DNA from: Gemmatimonadota bacterium
GTDB lineage: Bacteria > Gemmatimonadota > Gemmatimonadetes > Palauibacterales > Palauibacteraceae
Assembly: GCA_027295155.1 (NCBI GenBank)
Contig: JAPULH010000161.1
Coordinates: 1 to 61,116, forward strand
Reading direction: 5' to 3'
DNA length: 61,116 bases
The position numbers and the translations under genes were made by a program. Every line of letters begins with the position of its first letter. Positions within the stretch are counted from its first letter, which is position 1. Shown piece after piece: positions 54,811 to 61,116 of the stretch. Under the pieces are notes generated by a model, which saw nothing but the letters and a program-made list of their open reading frames with translations, was not told the origin of the DNA and searched no databases.

Positions 54811-55806
54811 CTAGGATGAGTCGGCGGCGCCCAGCTGCGAGCGAGCCGTGCGCACGACGGTAGTAAGCGTGTTCCCATCCTTCGGGTACGTGGCGATTCC
54901 GTAGCGACCGATCTCAGACCAGGCTCCGCGCTCGGCAAGAAGGCCGACGAGCCTCTGCGCGATGACCCGGGCGTTCTCGCCGGCTGTCTCCGGCAGGCCG
55001 ACCGCCAACACCCGATCACCGTACCGACCGACCAGGTCGAACTCTCTCAGACTGCTCAGGAGGATCCGTCCAGCTTGGGCGTCCGCCTCCTTCCCCAGAT
55101 CGAGCAGAAGCAGGGAGAAGGAACGCTCGAACCGACGGCAGCGCTTGAGCTCCGCGGTGGAGGCGACATCGAAGGTCTCGTGGGGGAAGATGCGGTCGAA
55201 TGGATGGTCGTCGTGTCCGCTCCCGTTCTCGGAGGCGACCGGTGATTCCTGGGGCTCACGCGTGACCGCAGAATCACGAGCCGAGACGCTTGCCGGCGGC
55301 GCGCGCGCCGCCCCGGGCATAGGGGCCGGCGGCGGCGCGGAGGCCACGCGATAGGGAGCCAGGGCCTCCTGGAGTGCGGCTTGTAGCGCCTCGAGGAGTC
55401 GGGTCGCCTCGTCCAGGCGAGACGGGAGGGAGACGTCGGCTACGATGTCCGTAGCTGGCTCGCCCTCCCATGACCCCCGCGGATCCGCCGCGTACACGGA
55501 CGGAACGCCCGTGGCCTCGGCGGGCCGCCGATCCACGCCCGCATGGCTTGCCGAAACCGCGTCGACGCGGGACTCCGGCAGCGGGTCGCCTTCCGCTCTC
55601 TTCGTTTCCGTGCCAAGCAGCAACTCGAACGAGCGGAGCTGGGCGAGACCGGCTTCAAGGATCGCTCCAAGTGCGACGATGCGCTCCGGGTCACGGTCCA
55701 TCTGGAAGCGATGCCATTCGGAGACGAGTCGCTGCAAGACGGTGTCGAAGAGCCCACCTGGCTCAGCGAACTTCTTGGCAATCGCCGGAGCGACGCTCTG
55801 TGACAT
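54811..55806 (-). CDS. Hypothetical protein with a C-terminal degenerate GGDEF-like domain
   Basis: The C-terminus FSLLLLDLGKE...DLVGRYGDRVLAVGLPET...ARVIAQRL...GIATYP aligns by eye to the GGDEF fold, but the GGDEF signature reads YGDRV and the DxD/FK.IND segment is missing. The N-terminal half is helical with a Pro/Ala-rich linker. An RBS GGGAGGA lies upstream. Confidence 0.5.
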   Translation of the reverse strand: MSQSVAPAIAKKFAEPGGLFDTVLQRLVSEWHRFQMDRDPERIVALGAILEAGLAQLRSFELLLGTETKRAEGDPLPESRVDAVSASHAGVDRRPAEATGVPSVYAADPRGSWEGEPATDIVADVSLPSRLDEATRLLEALQAALQEALAPYRVASAPPPAPMPGAARAPPASVSARDSAVTREPQESPVASENGSGHDDHPFDRIFPHETFDVASTAELKRCRRFERSFSLLLLDLGKEADAQAGRILLSSLREFDLVGRYGDRVLAVGLPETAGENARVIAQRLVGLLAERGAWSEIGRYGIATYPKDGNTLTTVVRTARSQLGAADSS

Positions 55807-55869
55807 GGTTCTTCGGTCCTCCCGCGGACTCCTGCCGACGGTCCGTCAAACGCAGCTCGGACCGGGATT

Positions 55870-55962
55870 CGCAACCTACCTCCGAGTGGTGGAGCCTCGA
55901 AAGGTGTGGGCGGCGATCGAAGGGCGTCTGCTTGACGCCCCGGGGTGTGCCGGTAGGTTGCG
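55870..55962. other. 11-bp perfect inverted repeat enclosing nested hairpins (candidate structured RNA or operator pair)
   Basis: CGCAACCTACC (55870-55880) pairs with GGTAGGTTGCG (55952-55962). Inside are GGGCGTC-TGCTT-GACGCCC (55922-55940, 7 bp) and TCC-GAGTGGT-GGA (55881-55893). It lies in the 207-nt divergent region between the GGDEF-like gene and rnz. Confidence 0.5.
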
Positions 55963-56013
55963 CGACGAGTGGGAGTGGGGGTCTAGCTCGAAGACGACCG
56001 GGAGGCACCTCAG

Positions 56014-56961
56014 GTGCTGCGAGCCACTTTTCTGGGCACGGCCTCGGCGCGACCGACCGTGCGGCGCAACGTTTCGGCGATAGCTGTCCAGAGGGAAGCG
56101 GACCTGTTTCTCTTCGACTGCGGGGAGGGCACGCAGAGGCAGATGATGCGCTTCGGCGTCGGCTTTGCCGTCCGGGCCATCTTCGTCACCCACATGCACG
56201 CTGATCACTATCTGGGGATTACCGGCCTACTCCGCACCATGAGCCTCCAAGATCGGCAGGAGCCACTGGCCATCTGGGGACCGCCCGGCAGCGCCACGAC
56301 GCTCGGCACGCTCGTCGAGCTGGGAGGGGACCGCGTGGGATTTCCGGTCGACATCGGCGAGCTCGGGCCCGGTGAGGGGGAACGGTTTGACGGGTATGCG
56401 ATACGCGCCTTTCAGACTCGGCACACACCGACTTCGCTCGGTTATTGCCTCGATGAGGATGAGCGGCTCGGGCGCTTCGAGGTGGAGAGAGCGAGAGAGC
56501 TTGGAGTGCCGGAGGGTCCGTCCTTCGGTCTCCTTCACCAGGGCGAGCCGGTAGAGCTGCCTGACGGCCGGGTCGTGCAGCCGGAGGAAGTGGTGGGGTC
56601 GCCGCGGCCCGGCCGCAAGCTCGTGTACACGGGCGACACCGGTCCTGCGCGGAGCGTGGTGGAAGCTGCGAGGGGTGCCGATCTGTTGATCCACGAGGCC
56701 ACGTTCGGCAACGAGGAGAAGAAGCGAGCGCGCAAGACCGGTCATGCCACAGCGGAGGAGGCGGCTCAGACCGCCGAGCGAGCAGGTGTGCTGGAGCTCG
56801 TGCTGACGCATCTCAGCGCCAGGTACTCCGAGACTCCCGAGCGCCTGGAGGAAGAGGCCCGTGCCGTCTTCCGCCGGTGCCGCGTCGCCCACGACGGCCT
56901 CGTCGTCCAGGTCCCGCTGCGGGCGGCAAGCCTTGCAGAGAAGGCGCTCGGAGGAGAGTGA
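56014..56961 (+). CDS. rnz: Ribonuclease Z
   Basis: Metallo-beta-lactamase motif FVTHMHADHYLG, the N-terminus LRATFLGTASARPT..RNVSAIAV and the LFDCGEGTQRQM exosite region; 315 aa. Confidence 0.93.
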   Translation: MLRATFLGTASARPTVRRNVSAIAVQREADLFLFDCGEGTQRQMMRFGVGFAVRAIFVTHMHADHYLGITGLLRTMSLQDRQEPLAIWGPPGSATTLGTLVELGGDRVGFPVDIGELGPGEGERFDGYAIRAFQTRHTPTSLGYCLDEDERLGRFEVERARELGVPEGPSFGLLHQGEPVELPDGRVVQPEEVVGSPRPGRKLVYTGDTGPARSVVEAARGADLLIHEATFGNEEKKRARKTGHATAEEAAQTAERAGVLELVLTHLSARYSETPERLEEEARAVFRRCRVAHDGLVVQVPLRAASLAEKALGGE

Positions 56962-58250
56962 CGGTCCGCATCGATCCACCGGGCGACAAGTCCATCTCGC
57001 ACAGGCTCCTGCTGCTCGCCGGGCTCGCTGCGGGCACGTCGCGGTTCCGCGGCCTCTTGGATGCGGAGGATGTTCGGGTCACGGCCGCGGCAATGCGGCA
57101 GCTTGGCGCGTCCATCCCGGAGGACTGGACGGGCGAGGTGACCATCGATGGGCCGGTCCGGTGGCGGGCGCCGGCGGCTCCGATCGAGTGCGGCAACAGC
57201 GGTACTACGGCGCGCCTCTTGCTGGGGACCCTCGCCGGGCTCGGGCTTCCGGCGGTGCTTCGGGGCGACCCGTCGCTCACCCGCCGGCCGATGGATCGGG
57301 TTGTCTATCCGCTCCAGGCCATGGGTGCCAGGATCCGGTACTTGGAGTGCTACGGAAGGCTTCCCGTGGAGCTCGAGGAGCGCCGCTCCGGCTCCCTCCG
57401 ATCGCTCAAACACCGGCCGCGCGTCGCGAGCGCACAAGTCAAGTCGTGCCTGATGCTCGCGGCGTTGACGGCGGGTGTTGGGCTGGATGTTTTGGAGCCC
57501 GGCCGGTCGCGTGACCACACCGAGCGGCTCTTTCACGCCATGGGAGCTCCGATCGTGATTCGAGAGGGACCGGTTGCTGATCCATGGATCCATCTGGAGG
57601 CCGGCGGAGTCGCCGGTGAGCTGGAGCCGCTCGGGATGACCGTGCCGGGCGATTTCTCTTCGGCCGCCTTCTTGCTCGCGGCGGCGTGGCTGGGGACCGG
57701 ATCGGTGGAGCTTTGCGGGGTCGGCTTGAATCCGACTCGTACGGGCCTGCTGGATGTGGCGCGGTCGATGCGTGCCCGGTACGAGGTGGAGACCTCCGGA
57801 TCGGAGGCCGGGGAGCCGGTGGGCCGGGTTGCCGCCTCGCCCTCCCGGTTGAGGGGCTTCGATGTGGATGCCGGGCAACTGCCGGGCTTGATCGATGAGG
57901 TGCCGGTGCTCGCGGTGCTCGCTGCCAGGGCCGAAGGGGTCTCGAGACTGCGTGGCGCGGCGGAGCTCCGCGCGAAGGAAAGCGACCGTCTCTCGATCCT
58001 GGCCGCGAACCTCAGGCAGCTGGGCGTCACGTGCCGGGAGCAGCCCGACGGGTTTGATATCGAGGGCACCGATCAGCCGCTTCGGGGCACCGTTCGAACG
58101 GCAGGGGACCACCGAATCACGATGGCGTTCGGCGTGCTCGGAAGCATCCCGGGGTGCGATGTCGCGGTCGACGATCCGGATAGCGTAGCGGTTTCCTACC
58201 CAGACTTCTGGCGTGATCTTTCCAAGTTGTCCGGCACGGCGACGTCATGA
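56958..58250 (+). CDS. aroA: 3-phosphoshikimate 1-carboxyvinyltransferase (EPSP synthase)
   Basis: PPGDKSISHRLLLLAGLA, GNSGTTARLL, and the DHRITMAF-type C-terminus GDHRITMAFGVLG. GTG 56958 makes a GTGA overlap with the rnz stop; the ORF-track start at 56877 lies inside rnz. Confidence 0.94.
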   Translation: MTVRIDPPGDKSISHRLLLLAGLAAGTSRFRGLLDAEDVRVTAAAMRQLGASIPEDWTGEVTIDGPVRWRAPAAPIECGNSGTTARLLLGTLAGLGLPAVLRGDPSLTRRPMDRVVYPLQAMGARIRYLECYGRLPVELEERRSGSLRSLKHRPRVASAQVKSCLMLAALTAGVGLDVLEPGRSRDHTERLFHAMGAPIVIREGPVADPWIHLEAGGVAGELEPLGMTVPGDFSSAAFLLAAAWLGTGSVELCGVGLNPTRTGLLDVARSMRARYEVETSGSEAGEPVGRVAASPSRLRGFDVDAGQLPGLIDEVPVLAVLAARAEGVSRLRGAAELRAKESDRLSILAANLRQLGVTCREQPDGFDIEGTDQPLRGTVRTAGDHRITMAFGVLGSIPGCDVAVDDPDSVAVSYPDFWRDLSKLSGTATS

Positions 58251-58930
58251 GGAAGCATGTGATCGCCATCGACGGCCCAGCGGCCTCAGGCAAGAGCACC
58301 ACCGCCAGGCAAGTCGCACAGCGGCTCGGCTTCGTCCATGTGAACTCGGGTCTCTTTTATCGGGCGATCACGTGGGCCTCGCTCCGGGACGGCTGGTCCG
58401 ACGATCTCGAGCGCCTGCGAGAGGGCGTGGCGCGACTCGACATCGCACCGATCGTGGAGGCCGGCGTGCTGGACGTCCAGGTGCGAGGCGTTCGGCCCGG
58501 GAGCGCCCTGCAGGGCCGTGACGTGTCTGCCCGAGTCTCTGCGGTATCGGCGACCGACTTTGTCCGGAAGCGCGTCCTGCAGGTTCTCCGAGCCACCGCG
58601 AAGGAGGCCGACGTTGTGTGCGACGGCCGCGATATCGGTTCCGTGGTGTTTCCGGATGCCCACCTCAAGGTGTTTCTCGTGGCCGATGTGCGGGAGCGAG
58701 CCAGGCGGCGACTTCTGGACTATGATGTCGAGCCCTCCGTAGCGGCGATCGAGGAGGAGGCCGAGCAGCTGCGCGCGCGCGACGAGGCGGATAGCACGCG
58801 CGCCTTGGCGCCCCTCGTCAAGGCCGCAGACGCCGTCGAGATTGACACCACGCGGCTGGCGCCCGACGCCGTCCTCCACCGCATCCTCGAGCTCGCGGGG
58901 GAGCGCGGCATACGCGGGCCGGAAGGTTGA
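58247..58930 (+). CDS. cmk: Cytidylate kinase
   Basis: IAIDGPAASGKSTTARQVAQRLGFVHVNSGLFYRA P-loop and CMP-binding region. The start makes an ATGA overlap with the aroA stop. aroA-cmk-rpsA is a classic gene order. Confidence 0.95.
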   Translation: MRKHVIAIDGPAASGKSTTARQVAQRLGFVHVNSGLFYRAITWASLRDGWSDDLERLREGVARLDIAPIVEAGVLDVQVRGVRPGSALQGRDVSARVSAVSATDFVRKRVLQVLRATAKEADVVCDGRDIGSVVFPDAHLKVFLVADVRERARRRLLDYDVEPSVAAIEEEAEQLRARDEADSTRALAPLVKAADAVEIDTTRLAPDAVLHRILELAGERGIRGPEG

Positions 58931-59116
58931 CGTAACCCGACGGTTCACCTATCCTAAATGTCTTGTGTTTGCCCGATTTTGCCTGAAACGTGACACGAAA
59001 CCTCAACCCAAAAAGCGGCCTCCACGCAGCGGCTGGGTTACGGGCGGACGGCTCGGAACCAGCCGATTGTTTTTTGCCGCCGAACGGCGGGCCGCGGAAG
59101 AGACGGAACCACCTTC

Positions 59117-61116
59117 ATGAATGAAGAACGACCCGACCAGAACCTCATTCCGGTTGCCGAGGCGGAGCCGGATGTGACCGACGCCGAGCATGATGTGACC
59201 GATGCCGAGCCGGATGTGACCGATGCCGAGCCGGATGTGACCGACGCCGAGCCGGATGTGACCGACGCCGAGCATGACTCGTTGACCACCGACATCGGCC
59301 GTACCGCGTTCGAGGACGAACGGCTGTCGCCCCTTCTCGAGGATGGCGAGTACTCCCAGGAGGAGTACGAGGAGATGCTCGCCATGTACGAGGAGACCAT
59401 GAGCGAGATCGCCGAGGGCGAGATCGTGCAGGCCACCGTGGTTCGGGTGACTGAAGGTGCGGCGATTCTGGATGTTGGCTTCAAGTCCGAAGGCTCGGTG
59501 CCGCTGGATGAGTTTCGGGATCCCGAGGCCCTGCAACCGGGCGAGAAGGTCGAGGTCTTTCTCGAGAGCCTGGAGGATCAGGAGGGAGTGGTCGTCCTCT
59601 CCAAGAAGAAGGCCGACTTCCTCCGCGTCTGGGAGAAGATCAAGGAATCGTTCGATAATAATGAAGCGGTTCCCGGCGTCATCAAGCGCAAGATCAAGGG
59701 AGGTGCGACCGTCGACCTGATGGGCGTCGACGCGTTCTTGCCCGGATCCCAGATCGCCCTTCGGCGTGTGCACAACGTCGATGAGCTGGTGGGCAACGAG
59801 TACGAGTTCAAGATCCTCAAGCTGAACAAGCGTCGCAGGAACATCGTCGTCAGCCGGCGCGTGATTCTCGAGGAAGAGCGCGCCGGGAAGCGGGATGATC
59901 TGAAGCGCGAGCTCGAGGTCGGCCAGCTGCGCACGGGCGTCGTGAAGAACATCACCGACTTCGGCGCCTTCATCGATCTCGGGGGGATGGACGGACTTCT
60001 CCACATCACGGACATGTCTTGGGGCAGAGTCGGCCATCCATCGGAGGTTTGCGACATCGGCCAGGAGATCGAAATCAAGATCCTGGACATCGATTGGGAC
60101 AGAGAGCGAATCTCCCTCGGCCTGAAGCAGCTTCAGCCGTACCCGTGGAAGAACGTTGCCGAAAAGTACCCGATCGGCGTTCGGGTCAAGGGCAGGGTGG
60201 TTTCGATAACCAACTATGGGGCTTTCGTGGAACTCGAGAAGGGTGTCGAGGGCCTGGTCCATATCTCGGAGATGAGCTGGACACGTAACGTCCGGCACCC
60301 CTCTCAGCTTGTTTCCATCGGAGATGAGATCGAGTGCGTCGTGCTGCGGGTCGACGAGGAGGAACAGAAGATCTCGCTGGGCATGAAGCAGACCGAGGAA
60401 GATCCGTGGCTCCAGCTGCCGAGCAAGTACCCACCGGGAACCAGGATCAAGGGCGTCGTCCGCAACCTGACCTCCTTCGGTGCGTTCGTGGAGGTGGAAC
60501 CGGGCATCGATGGCCTCGTTCACATCTCGGACATGAGCTGGACCCGTCGCGTACAGCACCCGTCGGAGGTGATGCGGAAGGGCGAAGAGGTGGAGGTGAT
60601 GGTTCTCTCCATCGACGCCGAGCAGAAGCGGATCTCGCTCGGCCTCAAGCAGACGGAAGAGGACCCCTGGTATGAGCTTGCCCAGCGCTTCGAACCTGGG
60701 ACCGAGGTGTCCGGTCAGGTCGCCCGCTTCGTCGATAAGGGCGTCGTCGTGGATCTAGGTGATGACGTCGAGGGCTTCGTGCCGGCCAGCCAGCTCGGCC
60801 TGGAAGAGCCGGTTGAGGATCCCACCGGAACGTTTGTGGAGGGAGAACGACTTGAGTTGAAGGTCCTCGAGTCGGATCCGGTGAACCGTCGTATCGTTCT
60901 CGCGGTCGAGGACGCGCCGGAAAGGGAGGCGAGAGCGGCCGAAGCCGCGGCTGCAGCGGAAGCAGCCGCAGCGGAAGCAGCCGCAGCGGAAGCAGCCGTA
61001 GCGGAAGCCGAGGCGGAGGCCGAGGAAGAGGTCGCCGAGGCAGAGGCTGAAGTGGAGGTCGCCGAGGCGGAGGCCGAGGAAGAGGTCGCCGAGGCAGAGG
61101 CTGAAGTGGAGGTTGC
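59117..61116 (+). CDS. rpsA: 30S ribosomal protein S1 with acidic N- and C-terminal repeat extensions (3' end beyond the window)
   Basis: The frame is open from ATG 59117 to the window end, and it is absent from the ORF track because it has no stop. It carries successive S1 domains (GEIVQATVVRV.., GVVKNITDFGAFIDLGGMDGLLHITDMSW, GRVVSITNYGAFVELEKGVEGLVHISEMSW, GVVRNLTSFGAFVEVEPGIDGLVHISDMSW, ..). Confidence 0.95.
   Translation, partial: MNEERPDQNLIPVAEAEPDVTDAEHDVTDAEPDVTDAEPDVTDAEPDVTDAEHDSLTTDIGRTAFEDERLSPLLEDGEYSQEEYEEMLAMYEETMSEIAEGEIVQATVVRVTEGAAILDVGFKSEGSVPLDEFRDPEALQPGEKVEVFLESLEDQEGVVVLSKKKADFLRVWEKIKESFDNNEAVPGVIKRKIKGGATVDLMGVDAFLPGSQIALRRVHNVDELVGNEYEFKILKLNKRRRNIVVSRRVILEEERAGKRDDLKRELEVGQLRTGVVKNITDFGAFIDLGGMDGLLHITDMSWGRVGHPSEVCDIGQEIEIKILDIDWDRERISLGLKQLQPYPWKNVAEKYPIGVRVKGRVVSITNYGAFVELEKGVEGLVHISEMSWTRNVRHPSQLVSIGDEIECVVLRVDEEEQKISLGMKQTEEDPWLQLPSKYPPGTRIKGVVRNLTSFGAFVEVEPGIDGLVHISDMSWTRRVQHPSEVMRKGEEVEVMVLSIDAEQKRISLGLKQTEEDPWYELAQRFEPGTEVSGQVARFVDKGVVVDLGDDVEGFVPASQLGLEEPVEDPTGTFVEGERLELKVLESDPVNRRIVLAVEDAPEREARAAEAAAAAEAAAAEAAAAEAAVAEAEAEAEEEVAEAEAEVEVAEAEAEEEVAEAEAEVEV
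59165..59278 (+). repeat. 21-bp coding tandem repeat (x5.4) in the rpsA N-terminal extension
   Basis: The unit gagccggatgtgaccgacgcc and close variants (gagcatgatgtgaccgatgcc) encode EPDVTDA / EHDVTDA heptads. Confidence 0.9.
60954..61116 (+). repeat. Coding tandem repeats in the rpsA C-terminal tail (15 bp x~3.8, then 54 bp x2, truncated by the window end)
   Basis: gcagcggaagcagcc repeats from 60954. The 54-bp unit gaggcggaggccgaggaagaggtcgccgaggcagaggctgaagtggaggtcgcc starts at 61010 and again at 61064. Together they encode an Ala/Glu/Val tail. Confidence 0.85.

Noticed and set aside
55870-55962. Possible tRNA (tRNA-Sec or tRNA-Ser with a long variable arm) suggested by the 11-bp terminal helix, a D-arm-like CTCC-GAGTGGT-GGAG and a hairpin loop CTGCTTG (anticodon GCT?).
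   Set aside because: There is no T-arm or GTTCRANYC-like loop on either strand. The 7-bp stem with a 5-nt loop does not fit an anticodon or T arm. The segment after the D-like arm cannot form a 5-bp anticodon stem. Position 37 would be a pyrimidine, and the overall spacing is not a cloverleaf.
59165-59278. Five regularly spaced 21-bp direct repeats, which might look like a mini CRISPR array or a satellite.
   Set aside because: The repeats are contiguous with no spacers, in frame, and lie inside the rpsA reading frame, where they encode EPDVTDA heptads. This is a coding tandem repeat, not a CRISPR array.
1-61116. Whole-window scan for mobile elements, defence systems, toxin-antitoxin pairs, prophage genes, CRISPR-cas, rRNA and tRNA genes.
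   Set aside because: None was recognised. Every sizeable ORF with protein-like composition maps to a housekeeping or metabolic family or to a small hypothetical protein embedded in such operons. I saw no tRNA T-loop/acceptor combinations outside coding sequence, though this was a scan by eye, not with tRNAscan or Infernal.

Overview
GC-rich (about two-thirds G+C by eye, not computed) bacterial chromosomal segment that is almost entirely coding. I call 57 CDS. Almost all belong to conserved housekeeping operons of a diderm bacterium: infB(3' part)-DUF503-rbfA-truB-ribF; rpsO-pnp-M16 peptidase; ald; mreB-mreC-mreD-mrdA-rodA; accD-folC; bacilliredoxin-like-hisS-guaA-Nif3; on the minus strand pepD-hypothetical-mlaE/F/D-like; OPT peptide transporter-PqqD-like-M14 carboxypeptidase; hsp20-clpB; a lipoprotein; GT2 and methylmalonyl-CoA epimerase (minus); trxA; rsmI; a membrane protein; valS-lipoprotein-selA-purN-purH-msrP-ctaCDEF; pncA-like hydrolase plus a tiny zinc-ribbon ORF (minus); E1-alpha-like/unknown/DsbA-like; a degenerate GGDEF protein (minus); rnz-aroA-cmk-rpsA(5' part). 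I saw no rRNA, tRNA, CRISPR array, transposase, integrase, phage gene or recognisable defence or toxin module. The many long ORFs in other frames or on the opposite strand are typical high-GC artefacts. I do not find a convincing novel multi-gene system here. The best leads are modest. (1) A short dispersed repeat (core GTGRCCCACCGTACYKCTTCAAC) sits at four gene boundaries, and two inverted copies bracket a structured ~215-nt spacer in the only large intergenic region (52064-52522). (2) An orphan PqqD/RRE-like gene lies inside a peptide-scavenging locus. (3) A translationally coupled E1-alpha/unknown/DsbA-like trio has no E1-beta. (4) An 11-bp perfect inverted repeat encloses nested hairpins upstream of rnz. 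(5) Acidic tandem-repeat extensions occur on ribosomal protein S1 and other proteins. All functional assignments come from motif recognition by eye; no database search was run.
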